From: Pelomyxa schiedti
Lineage: Eukaryota > Protista > Evosea
NCBI GenBank assembly: GCA_020536535.1
Contig: JAHLWZ010000839.1
Coordinates: 21,930-85,929 of the forward strand
Length of the DNA: 64,000 bases
Reading direction: 5' to 3'
Shown: in pieces, positions 1 through 13,300 of the stretch
Position numbering within the stretch: the first letter of the stretch is position 1
How the letters are laid out: each line of letters begins with the position of its first letter
Translations under genes and position numbers: made by a program
Notes under the pieces: model-generated
The model's input: only the letters and a program-made list of their open reading frames with translations
Told to the model about the DNA's origin: nothing
The model's database searches: none

Positions 1-2139
1 ACCGAATGCCCAACCTTCGGAAATTTCTCTATCAAGTGCACTGGACTCGATGGGATGATGAATATCTTCCTGGAGAATCTACGGGCATTTTCATTTCAGC
101 CTCCCTGGTTTGTGAGAGTACTATTGACCAGATCCAACACAACGCAGGCTTCAGACCTGGGATAGTGATTACATACAAATTCCGATTGCCATCTCTGAAA
201 CAATGTTTTCGTGGGTAGAAGGACTCGTTGAAGAAGTTTCGGGTATATTGTGTGCGATTGATGTTTTTCACTCTACCTAAAAAAATAGAGGAGGCAACAG
301 CCTCTCTTGAAGTTTCCTCAGTCATCTTCAAGGCCATAATGGGCATTACGTATGTCACGAATAAGTATAAAATTCAAAGTTAACTTTACTCTTTAGGCTG
401 CCTATATGCCTTGTTTTATTCTACGCGTTCAATTACTCAATAAATCGACTAGACGTCGAGTTTCGAGAGTTGCTTTTCACGTTTTTATATCAATTCTTAT
501 TATCGTGTAGGACTCTCAAGATATTACTTAGCTTACCACTCGATATTATTCAAGGGACTGTTCTAATAAATCGATTTCTAGAGACGGGATCAATACACAG
601 TCTCAGTTTAAAACACTCTGTGGTGCGTAAGATATTACATTGCCATTCCTAACCCAAGGTAGGAAGAGAAGGAGAAAAAGACACGTCTCCTAGATGGATC
701 AAAAGATGCTGTGATAGTACTCAATGAAAGGTCGCACTCGTAATCCACTCATTTGTGACACATGAATAGAGGGACAATAGAATCCTTTAATCCAAGTGCC
801 GAGAGTCTTTTTGAATGCACTTCAAAAGAAGTGCTTGGCAGACATGCAAGTATAATCCTGCCAGACACTGTTATCCACCCATTTAGCGTGAGAATGGAAA
901 TGCTGATGAACAATACATTGAAGCAACAAAAAAATAAGGCGGAAGGCAACGACGAACCGCCTGCATTGGACGGTATGGAACTGATCATTTCCAACAAAGG
1001 TATATATTTCCAAATGTGATTGTGGCTGTTTATGACTAAAAATAGAGGAGAAAGAAGTCCCAGTACTACTTTCTGTAACTGAAATTGTTACCAAAGACGG
1101 TTGTTACCTCACCGCCCATTCAATCTTTAACTGAGTATTACTAGGCGTGACTGTCGCCATGTTCCTGAAGGACATCAGCAACCTGAAAGCACAGCAAGCA
1201 ATAATAGAAAACCAAAAAAAACACACGGAATCTCTTCTCGAAAATATACTGCCCAAAATGATAAAAGAAAAGCTTGAGATAAATCCTGACAAACTTATTG
1301 CTGAGAAATACAAGAATGTTACTGTTGCCTTTGCTGACATTGTGGAGTGAGTACTGCTTTCTCCTTTCTTCATTGCTAAGTTGTGGAGGTTTACTCCAAT
1401 GGCTTCCAAGATGAGACCTTGGGAGTTAGTAAGCATGCTGAATTCTTTATTTTCTGCCTGGGACGGACTCCTGGATAGTTACCATGTTGAAAAGATAAAA
1501 ACAATTGGAGATTGGTTGTTCAATGAATTTTATAACCAAAAATTGACAATCACTCAGTTACATGGTTACTGGAGGGATGCCAGAGGAATCCAATACCCAC
1601 GCAGAAGACGTGCTTGAACTTGTGATTGCCATGTTTTCCACCCTTGAAAGGTACAATACACTTCATGACACAAGTCTTCATATTAGAGTTGGTATGCCCC
1701 TTCTCCCTTCGCCAAAGTTAAGGGAAAAACAAAAAAAAAAAGGCATAAACACTGGACCAGTAGTTGCTGGTGTCATAGGGAAAAAAAAGTGGGCATTCGA
1801 TATTTGGGGAGATACTGTAAACACAGCAAGCCGGTACAATTCCCTCTTCACTCCCTATTGGTCCCAATTCTTTGCAGGCTTGAGAGCTCTGGTGTACCTG
1901 ACCGCATTCAAGTCTCTGAAATTACCAAAGACCTTTTGGTCTCCAAGGGCTATCAATTTGAGTCCAGGGGAGTAATTCAAATCAAAGGCAAGGGTGAAAC
2001 TGAGTGCTTCCTATTGTATGGGATCCACAACAACTTCGGAGATGTTTACAAATCCTTTAGGGCAGAACCAAAACTACATCAAGCAAAAAGACCCATTCCT
2101 GAGGTAATGGACAGCAAATCTATGACGAGCGCCTATTAA
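1..2139 (+). CDS. Membrane-associated PAS-domain class III adenylate cyclase (5' end outside window, multi-exon)
   Basis: Spliced translation gives a hydrophobic segment, a PAS domain (DAVIVLNERGTIESFNPSAESLF), a signalling helix (TESLLENILPK) and cyclase motifs VTVAFADIVEFT, VEKIKTIGDCYM, IRVGINTGPVVAGVIG and FDIWGDTVNTASRLES. Lys and Asp at the specificity positions point to ATP. Stop at 2137-2139. Confidence 0.9.
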
Positions 2140-2240
2140 GAAAATATTAACTAGCGGTGTAAAAAAAAACCTGTGTCAATAAGAGACTTGAAAAAACCCA
2201 AATTTTGGCACTGCCAAAACAAAAACCACTCTTTCTTAGT

Positions 2241-5200
2241 TTATACATTATCAGGATTAGACTTAGAAGAGCTGGGCTTTAGAACATCCAGCTGTACTTC
2301 CATTTCAGAGCCATCATTTTCGTAATGTCCAGCCTCCATCTTCTGTTCTTTTAGTTCCTGTTCCTCCCTCTCCTTTGCCTCAATAATGGCGTGATATCTC
2401 TTCTCTTTGAGGTTCCTGTTACAAGAAAGTGTTGCTAGTAGTGCCCATTTGTTTTGTGCATGGAGTCTGGATGTGGGCTTATCTTTGGCTGCGGAGCCTG
2501 GATCGCCTCTCGTTTCTTTTTCTTTTTCTTTGTGTTGCTGATTGGCTAGTGTTTTGGTATTTGTTAGTGTTTTAATTTGGGGTTTTTTGAGTGTAGAACC
2601 TTGTGATAATACATGCAGAAATACATTTGTGGCTGGGTTGTTATAAATGTTATCTGTGATGAACATACTGGCAAAGGCACTGTAGCCTAAATACCGTTAA
2701 GAGGGGAAGACTTTTGGAAGAGTGAAGGAACCTTTGTCCATGAAAACCAAATCCTGCATTCCAATTAGAGGGTAGTCCATTCGGAAGAAGAACAAAAATG
2801 TCATTCCTCTTTTTGCAAAAGATTAGAGAAGAATAGGAAAAAAGGATACAACATCGCGGTAGCAAGACGGATTATTGAAGATGTAATGCCAGCAAGGCTA
2901 CTCATATTTTAGGACCCCGAAGAGGAAAGAAAGGTTAAAATACATTCCAACAAAGGTATTGGCAAAGTCATATAAAGCAAACAGTCTTCGATGTATGATG
3001 ACAAGGTGATCCAGCCAAAACATATCCACGACACTTTTTTGTTGCTTGTTAGATCAATTTGGAACAGGAAGCTTACAGAGTGACAAATAGCATTCGCACA
3101 ATGGTAGTTATAATGGATATAATAAGTGTATAATTGAAGCGTCTGTGTATATTCTTGATGATATCAATCATTAAACCAGTATAACCTTCCTTGGGTTAGC
3201 TCAAATACTTTGATTACACTAAACATACCAAAGATAAAGAATATGACCCACAGAACGGCAAAAACTACAAAATAGGCAATAGCTGTATGACTGGAAGAAG
3301 AATTAGCGCTGGAAAGAATATGGAAGCACCTGCCTCACTTGCATCCCGACATAGTTACTTGCTGTAGAGAGAGATACCGATCTTGGGTCGACGACAACTT
3401 TTCCTTGTCTAACAAGCATCACCTAGGAAACATGGGTACAGAAACTAGCAAAAAGGAAGATATACATTGTTTCTGTAACTGTAAAAAAGGAGAAGCCACA
3501 TGAGTAGACCAATGACTAACGTCACCTAAATAGAGTTAGTTGTTCACTTTTTCGTTGAACATTGTGAGATACAGCAGCAGCAGCTTGACCAGAAGAGATT
3601 ACTTTTTCCCCTATAGCATCTAAAACCCCACCTGGGCCACTTTCAGATGTTATGGCATACAACTTTTGGGCAAGCAGTAAAATGATGTTTCCTCCATTGC
3701 CAAGATCCTACAGGATATAAACTGAAGAAGACAGTATGCAAGAGAACCTGTGACGATAAGGAGTTTATCATTTCACTGACTATCTGGGAACCAAAGCCAA
3801 TAGCACTTGGAATATCAACATCAAGGCCAAGTTTGTTAGCCACAGACACAGCACTGTCGATTGCCTTAATCTGTGAAGAGTCAATTAGCACTGTGATTAC
3901 TGAGTAGATTCTTGTCTCAACCTCAAGATCAATCATTCCGTTTTTAGCCACTTGGATAGAATAGGAAATCCAATATTCCACCCAAAATGTGGCCAGATAA
4001 CAGTATAACAGACACAGAAAAGAAAGGCCCGCGGCTAAAAGGAAACGTTGGGGGAAGGTAAAGGAGCTCCAAGATTCAAGCCATTTATGCTGGTTAGGAG
4101 CTACTGTAGTCAGTATTTGATGGGAAGAAGGAATGATTACCAGGAGAGAAAAAGTAGTATCGGATCTTGAAAATTGCTTTTTCAATAAGGGAAGCTTCAG
4201 GAGAGAGGGAGGGCATTGGTATGGCCGGTGGAGGCCTTTCCACTAATTTGGAGCAGTGCTCTTTCCAGTTGGTCATCCTGTGCAGCCACAAAATAAGTGC
4301 TGATAGAAAATTAAGCTGATAGAAAACCTTGCAACTTCCCTTGTAAGATGGTTGTGCCCACTAATTGCAAGGTATACAATCACTCCTAAAGTTACTGCCA
4401 AAAATGCATATACAGAGAAAAAAATCTGGAAAGATGAATTTCAGGGATGTTGTGTTGTTAATCGTACAGTTGCAAGGCATATAGAAAAGGGATCAGGCTC
4501 CCCTTGAAGTACAATTGCCAGAGCCGTCACAACAGCCCCAAAAAGAAGTAGTATAATAGCAACAATTATGGACAGTATGACCTAGGGAACACCTCAGGTG
4601 CAAATAATTAGAAATGGGACTACAGATAGCCTAAAAACAAAGCGTGTGGATGCCCAAGTGCTGTTCGCAAAAAACTGGATAAAGTGAGCTTGATAGCTAG
4701 GAGCACTTAATATTTACCATGGGGATTACAAGTATCATTAAAACATAGACCAAATTTTTAATTAGGCCTAAGTGTGAGTGAGAAGGTTCAGTGGCGAAAA
4801 GAGATTACTGAAAGATGAGACATCTGGAGACTGCAGGTTATACAAGTGGAACCTATCGCTTTCAATGAAAATTCCATCACAGAAGAACTAGGTTTGGGGT
4901 AGTGTGCATTTAACTTTCTACAGTGGTACCACAAATGAATAAAATCCGGATGAACCAGAAACAAAATGTAGATCAGAAAATATGTAGACACCATTCTCAT
5001 TTGTAAGTTGTCCAGTCTGAAAAAAAGATTAGTCGAGAAAAGCATATCTTGGAAATTGCATTGTAAGATATGGTAGTCTCAGGAGAGAGTCTCTCTTGTA
5101 ATGATTTTTCTTCCTTCGAAACATCCTCATACTCCCGTCGTGCTACAAATACCTGTACTCTTCTCCCAAAAGAAGGGGTTCCTGAAGGAGCAGTGAGGTG

Positions 5201-8200
5201 TAGACATGTAACATCAATATCAACCATAGAGGTCATAGATAATGAGCTGTGGTTGTCTCAAAGAGGATATTTCTGCAGCTTCATCATCTCCAACAACGAC
5301 ACACTTTTCAACTAGAACCGTTGGGGTTGTAAGCCCAGCAGGTTGAGTCTTGAAAAAGAAAGTCACATTACAGGAAAAGGAATAGAGTGCAACCGTTGTT
5401 TCAACAATAGATAGATCATTGAGAATTTCAAAAGTATCAGAAACATCGCTTTTCCGTTCGTCATTTAACCCGACAAATTGCACACTATAGTTACCTGCCC
5501 AATATGTCAATGCAGCTTTATGTATACCTATGGAAACCTGCTGGAGCATCTATTAAACGGAAGCAAAACTCCACAAAACCACCAGATCCTGTTGTAGCCT
5601 GGCTGGTTTCATCACTGGCTCGTGCAATTTGCATTTCACTGTCTGGTTGCTTTAACGGAAAGAGTTAGAAACGGTGCAGATAAAAAGTTCAACCTGTGCA
5701 ACCACCACTTTCATGTCGTATTCCTCAAGCCCAGAATCCCCAGCAATTCTTGCTTGAAGTGTGAAGCACATTACACCACCCAAAAACATCCGAGTTGGCC
5801 TGGGACCACTGACAATTTCAATTGTGGAAGCCATGGCCGTCAAATCGAACTCCCGTGTACAAATTGAGTCTTCACTGTTTCTTTTGTTAGCATCTAAGTT
5901 TCAAAATTGAGATCCTCTACTCACTCGGTACTTAGAGTCAAGAAACACATTTTGTAAGATTTGCCTGCCACACCCAGTGAGATTATCCATGACTCAAAAG
6001 TGATTTCAGTGCTTGGTAGGTTAGGAAGGGCATCAGCCAAGGGAAAAAGTACTTGGAACCGATTTGCACTGGGTATTGTGGAACAGCAACCCCTGTACCA
6101 TCAACAGATTTCACAGTTGTTAAAACTACTGGAAATGGAATGTAACATGATACTCGACCATCCTCTGAGGCCTATTTTGAGGAAAGAAATGGAAAATGTA
6201 GAGGAGTAGCTACTCGCTCAGCCAGCATTTTAATTATAGGGGGCTGTGAAAATGGTTGTTGTGGGGCAATCACTGCTGAGGGTTGTCTCAGCAATTCCAA
6301 GGTGATCTGAATTTCTGTCAATAGAAGAGAATAGGAAAAAAAGGAGAAAAACCGTCCACAAAGAGAGGTCAATTTCAGAAACAGGTTCCAGAATAGTACC
6401 ATCAAGGACAAAACAGATTTTGAGTTTCCCACTCCCAAGGGAAATTACTCCAATATCTAAGGGAGATTATTGTTAGGTGTTATTGCTCATGTATACCATT
6501 AAAAACTGCAAGGCCAGTATTGTCCACAGGCGTACTCCACCCCCATATTTCACTTTGAGGTGACACTGATGACAGACTTGCCACAACAGCTTCATCAAAT
6601 GAGAAATCCAAATCAAGGGTGTCACAGTTAATGGCAAGCATCCGTGTTCCTTTGATGGATTATTGAAAAAAGAGAAAAAAGACTCGTGCCTGTAAGATTT
6701 CCCCCAGTGGAGGGAGTCAGCAGCACAATAGGTTGAATAGAAAACGGTTCACATAAGGAGCCGTTCCTGAGGGCAGCTTCTACAATGATAACAGCATTTT
6801 GCACTGGAGCCTGTGCGACCACGTGAATATATTCTTCAGATTGAATTCCATCTAGCTGAAGATAAAACCAATAAGAGCCAGGGTAAATCAGCGTAACACC
6901 AAGTGTTTCTATGTCAAGTGAGTAAGTCAATTTATTCAAAAAAAAGAATTTGGTACCTTTGTTGAAACTCACACAGGGGTTGGAAGTTGTGCACAATGTT
7001 GCATATACTGGTGGGCACGCCTGTTGTCTAAGATAGGCATAGTTCCAACTGACGCTATTATTGCTAGAGTCAAGTGCCAGTGCCTACCCCACAAATAAGC
7101 TAAATTTGAGAAAATAGCTGAAACACTTGAATGTAAAATTCTTCATTTATGTTGATAGTGGCAACAGAGGAAATATGGACCTTGACAACTGAAACGGTGA
7201 TGTTTTATGAGAGGAAGAAAATGAACTTACTTGGGTTGTCGATTTTAATCATGAAGAAAGCGCTTGAGCAGTCCTGCACCACTGTTTCAGTAAAACTAGA
7301 ATATGTCTGTACCAAATAGAGTTCGCCCCAATATTCCCCAGGATAACCTGAGACACAAACAAGGTAAATGTATAGAAAAGACAGAGTGTGCACCACCATC
7401 ATCAATTTGGAAATGAGCATCAAAAATCCAGCCATTAGCGCCGCTTGTTAGAATAACATCATCACTTGATGTTATTTGGCGGTATTCTTGTGAGGCAGTA
7501 TAAATAATCATATCTGAGAGTAAGTTGTAGTCCAAGTTGTTGTTATAGTATGATGTCATTGGTTCACTCTCTCCATTGAAAACCTGTAGACTATTACACA
7601 GAATACAGAATACAGAAGCATAGATAGAGCCTACCCTAATGCCAATGGTAAAGGGTTGCCCGATTTGTACTTGGCAATAAGACTCTTCATTCAGGATAAC
7701 CTCAATATCCGAGCATAAATGAGAATTTTCCTTCGAGATGTAATTGGCTCACTATGCAATAATTGGAGACTCACCTGAGGGTCAGACACACCCCACTGAA
7801 AGGGAGCAGCTATTCCATCTACTGAGATGATAGCAGAATATGTTCTATTCTCCCAGTCAGCATCAACTCGTGCAGTGAGAAGATCTCCAAATAAAGCTAG
7901 TCCCTGATTACTAGAAAGAATAAAAAAACAACACCATGTTAAGAAGGCACAGAGGCATACTCAGAAGCAACTGGATAATAGTGGAAGGCAGTGCCAACCT
8001 CGGATTCTAGGAACGCAATTTTCCCAGGAATACCTGTCCAGGCTTCAAAATCTGGAGTAAGCATTATCAATACCCACCTTGCCCACTTTCATCAAAGATG
8101 AGAATAACAGGGGACTGTAATGTAACACCAATTTGGTTTTTAGCATTGAGTGAATAAACTGACACAAATCCAGCCACAGTCGTGGTAACATTTATAATGT

Positions 8201-10001
8201 CTGATTCAAGAGATTCAACACCCTCACAGAAGAATGTGATCCTGTGAGGACCAGGGGGTCCACGAACTAAGAAACTCATTGACATGGTGGCACTGTAGAA
8301 AGCTGAGCGAAATCATTAAGATAGATATTGCACACAATCCAGAAGAGTTTGTTGGAGGAGACACAGGATTGTCCAGATATTTAATAGGTATCCATGACTC
8401 ATAGCTTGCTTCATATGGTCCCCGTCTTCGCCCATCTGCAATACCTATTTACTACATAGGGAAAAAAAGTGGAAGGATACTCCATTCAGTTATCATGGCA
8501 ATCACAACTTTTCCCTGCAAAGCGTGTCCATCACCATCAACTACCTTTAGAACCATATCAAATTGAGATCCTTCCTTTACAGATGAAGGTGGGTCACTGA
8601 TAATGATTACAGACGCAACTAATAGTGTGTCAAAAAAGACAAAGAGAGTGGGGGCAACCATCAGTTTTAACTTTTGGAATGAGACCCTCTGAAGTAAAGA
8701 GAAACTTGAATGCCTGCTCACAGACCTTTTTTTTGTATAAAAAAGCATTGGGTGAAATGAGTGAGATTTTTCATACAGCCATAATATAAAGTTCTCCAAA
8801 ATTTGATGCATTTAACGTTAAACCCTTAAATGTAGCCTTTCCTGTAATGGTAGAGTACGCTTCAATTGGACTGACAATTGCTACAATAAAAATGTTATGA
8901 GATGTAAACAATATGATGAACTAAACCAAATTTTGGTGTACGAAGATCTTCAGTGAGCATGTATTGTGTGTAATAGTCTGCAGGATTTGAAAAAAGTAAC
9001 ACCCGTTTTCCTGAAAGTGGTTCCCCATTTGTATCAATAACCTTCACTTCGAGGTCAATGGGTGTCCTACTTCATATTAGAAACTTGGGAACTAAGATGA
9101 AAGGGTCAGAGGCACACACGCGGTATCCCACTCTGTAGGAATAGCTGTTAATTGTAAAATATTCCCCACTTTTGATTCTACAGATACAGTTGCAGTCTGG
9201 CTCAATGATGAAAGGGATTCGTCAGCAAATGAAAATCTCAGTGTGTATCTCCCTATAATTCCAGATTGTATCACAAAATCATTGAACATAGCATCTCCAT
9301 TTGCTGAGGTTGTATCTGTTTGTTGGTGAGTGTCATCTTTAGCCCCCAAAGTGCTAATCAAACGTGCATACTGCTGAAACCAGCAAGTACTGGGGTACAC
9401 ATTGGTGTAAATTGAATTATTTTGAGGGGATTAACGATTCCAATACAATCCAGTGAGGTTATATTAGTAGCAATCTGTTCCACTAGCATCATATATCAGA
9501 TTTCAAAAAGGAGGAAGTGCAGGAGAACCTGACACCACAATGTCCCATCCATCAGCAGGGAACCCTTCCAAGTTTTTCACATACAGCCAAGGAACCTGCT
9601 CTAGTGGTTCCCCTATAACGACATAAACAGGAGGCTGCACAAACATATTCATCTGATACACAAAGAGCCTGAATAAAATAGCAATAGTAAAAAAAGAAAC
9701 AAACCTTATTGGGTGTGTTTTCACCAAGTGCATTTCGTGGGTCCCTAAAAACAGAAAACAACAACAAAGTGGCACTAAAAAAAAAAAAGGAACCGTTAGT
9801 GAGACACAAGACCATAACTTTTACGTTTCTTCTTTTGTTGGGTTATTATGGGAGAGAGACATAGACGTACACCATGCAGAACACGATCATCAACGTGGCA
9901 ATTGTGAAAAAATTGTCCCTGACTCGGTCATTGATCAAATCATAGAACACAGGGATCCGAATCTCGCGCGGGTATTTCCCAGGTGCCTTGTCGACGTACA
10001 T
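2241..10001 (-). CDS. Large multi-exon membrane protein: N-terminal TM, many Ig-like (invasin/Big-type) repeats, C-terminal STRA6-like multi-pass domain
   Basis: Probable ATG at 10001 (MYVDKAPGKYP...IATLMIVFCMVATLLLFSVF). Repeated beta-rich units (VDTNGEPLSGKRV, VDGDGHALQGKVV, FDESGQGIPGK, NGDAMFNDFVIQSGIIGRYTLRFSF). C-terminus IIHRRLFALYDFANTFVGILAGITSSIIRL...RMDYPL...MDKGYSAFASMF...NNPATNVFLHVL...QNKWALLATLSCNRNL resembles STRA6. Not every junction in the ectodomain was traced. Confidence 0.75.
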
Positions 10002-10354
10002 TTGTCAAACGCGTGCGACGACACCGGACGTCAAGCGCTACACGAATACGAGAAAAAAAACCTGAGAAAATACAAACCGTTGATTCCGAGAACTTTTTTC
10101 GGAAGTTTGAAGATCGCTCCTTTGATGGTAGTGGAACTTCTCCTTGGGCAAGGTTGCTTCCCCGGGTTCTCTTGGCTCCTCATAAATCACAAGATGGAAC
10201 AGCATCCAGAAGTCCCACTCGCGCACTCCAGCGGTAGCCCTTTTAGAGTTTTAGGAAACACCATCACACGTTTTGGCTTTCTTTATTGAGCATCATCACT
10301 CTCCGAGGGTCGGTGCAGCAGCAGGGGAGTGGTGTCACGCGTGAGAAGTGAGAA

Positions 10355-13300
10355 ATGAGTTTTTGTTTTCTGAGCGTTACGCACCGTGCCACTTCGGTGC
10401 ATCACTGTGTGTCGGGGCACCTCACGTCCGACCAAGATTCCAACTTGGTTTTGGCTCGCGCAAACATTTTGCAGATCTACTCCCTGTCTACGTCCCACCC
10501 TTTGGAAGAGGCATTTTATTTTTTTTTTTTTTTTTTTTTTTCTTTCTTCCCCCTTTTTTCTTTTCTTTCTTTCTTGCTTTCTTACTTTTGTTTTTCCTCC
10601 CCTTTGTATCTTCCTTTCTTGTTGTCATTGGATTTCATCACATTTGTTTTAATTAATCACGGCTATTTGACAGGACCCGAGTAGTGGAGTGGATGGGAAA
10701 TCTCACCGTCTAGATCTGCTTCATGAATGGGAGTTGTGCGGAAACATCGAATCTTTGTCACTCGTTCAGTTTCCACGAGAGAGCTGTGATTCTCTGGTTG
10801 TTTCATTTGCTGATGCAAAAGTGTCTGTTTTGAAGTATAACAGAAGTTCTGCTTCCCTGGACATTTGTTCAATGCACTGCTACGAGCAAGCAGATTTAAG
10901 GGTATTCCTAGTTTCCTTCCTATCCCTCATGTAACGAATTTATTTTCATGTTTTTTTTTTTTATCTTTTTATTTTATTTTTTTCTCTAGGAAGGTAGGGA
11001 AAGAGTTTCATTTCCCCCACTTGTTAGAATAGATTCCCAGCAGAGATGTGCCGCTGTACTTGTGTATGACCACAATATAGCTATAATTCCATTTGCGGAC
11101 ACTAACTCGTTGGATGAGATGTAAGTCCGTTTCTCTACAGCATAGTGAGTTCCTTATTGTTTCCATAAGGGAGCAGGATTCTAAGCTGTCTATCTTGAAC
11201 ACCTTGAGCTCCTTTACTTTCAGCCTTTCAGCCATTAATGTTTCGAATGTGAGGGACTTCTGTTTTCTCACTGGCTATTTTGAGCCCACTCTTGTTGTAC
11301 TGCATGAAAGTCCCATCACGACTTGGGCTGGGTAGATCTCTTCTGTTCCCACAAAAGTTTTCATTCCTCAAAAAGACGTCTACCAGCAGTCAAGGACACC
11401 TGCAGTGCAACAGTTGTTTCCCTTCAAATGTCTAAGCACACCAGAACGATTTTATGGACAGCTGATAAACTGCCACATAATTGCTTTTTGTCTCTTCCCG
11501 TCCCTGATCCATTAGGTAAAAGAGGCTTCCACGTAAATTTGTGGATAAATCCTTCATCCAGGTGGAATATTGGTTTTGTCCCCAAATTCTGCATTATACC
11601 TGAACCAGAATTACCGATTTGCCTTCTTGTTCAATGACTTTGGCGATGTCAATTCCGTTTTTATTGCCAGAGGTGTCTTCCTTTATGTGCATTCCTTCAT
11701 GTGTAATTTTGTGGCCAAAAGACCAGTCTAAAGACCCCATTGTCGCCGACGCTGCAAAGGCCCTGTTTGTAACGAAAGATACCCTCCTGATATCTCTTCG
11801 AGGAGGAGAATTGTATCTCCTTCTACCCCTTTTGAACTACTCACTATTAATAAGGTATGTGCTGCATCTTATTCATGACGGGCGAAGTGTTACTGGTATG
11901 ACACTTGTAAAAGCCGGGACAACTGCAATTGCCTCTTGCGTAAGCCTTTATTCTTCCGGCTCAAACATCAGCTGTAATTTTTACTGTTTTCAGATGTGTC
12001 TCTTACCAATTCCGAAGTATATGTTTATTGGGTCTTACCATGGAGATTCTCTTCTTTTATCCTATAGTGAAAACGCTTCGGTGGATATTGGTTTAAGGGT
12101 TTGTTCTACAGTGCACTCTACTGTTTTAAAACAGAAATGCAGCCCCCTGCCCCTAAACGTTCAAAAGTGGTGAAGGGTGAGTCACCATCATTCTTGGATG
12201 AGATTGACGACCTGCAACTTTACAGTAATTCGGAACCCCAAGTCGCAACCACTGGGCCATTTCCTACTGTGTGCCACCTTAACTAGTTTTTTAAGCATTT
12301 CTATTTACTTTCACAGTCAGGATATAAATTTTCAGTTGTTGATCAACTTCCTTGTCTGAGTCCGATAAGAGACCTCGCTGTTGGTGAGTCATATGATATT
12401 TACAGCACTTCTATAGCGGTGAGTTGCTTCCCCGCCGTGCCATTCTGACTGCGACCCAGGAGGGAAACCCACGGAAGTTCCTTGAGATGGTTGCATGCTC
12501 TGGTCATGGAAGAAATGGCAGTCTTTTTATTCTTCAAGTATCGACTTGCTCTTCTCATTTGGGAGATTTACTTTGAAAAAGAATGGAATCCGTCCTGACG
12601 TTGTCTCCTCCAGCACCGATTTACTTGGCTGTGTGTCTATGTGGTCCCTGCATGGGTGGAAAGAGAGCGACTCACATGAACACCACAGTGGCCTAAAGGA
12701 GCATGCCACACTTGTTGTCAGTAAGGCTGATGCAACTTTGGTGTGTTCGTTTTAAGGAGGACCTATTATCACCTCATACTTGCCAAAAAGATTTTTGCTT
12801 CTGGTGAGCAAATACAAGAAATCTCCGATAGAGTCGAGTTTTTTACTACTGGAGCAACGATATTGGCCTCAAACATTCTTTCTGATAAGTTAATTGTACA
12901 AGTTTATCAGTCAGGGATCAAACTCATTAACACAAGTAAGCTTGTATTTCGACCAACATGAAAATACTTACAATTTCTAATAGCAACCTTGAAACAAATT
13001 CACAAACTTTCTCCACCACCTGGAGGAACCATCACATTCGCCTGCTGTGAGGATCCATATGTAGGCATTCTCCTTTCCAACGGTTCCTTTTATCTTTATG
13101 TGGTCACAGAGAGCTCAAGGCTCCAACAGTTGCCCAACCAACTGGTTCTTTCCTTTTTTAAAATAAATCATAAACCTGATATTCTTATAGGTGGATTCCA
13201 GCATCAGGGCTATAAACCTTTTCAGCACTTGCACATGCACCACTCCTACACAGCCACCCACTTTTCATGAGCCAGATCCATTGGAAGCTGAGCTCTATGG

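Noticed and set aside
10348-10684. Poly-Phe hydrophobic ORFs resembling small membrane proteins (also near 36560)
   Set aside because: They are translations of T-rich first introns of CPSF1 and the ABCA gene.
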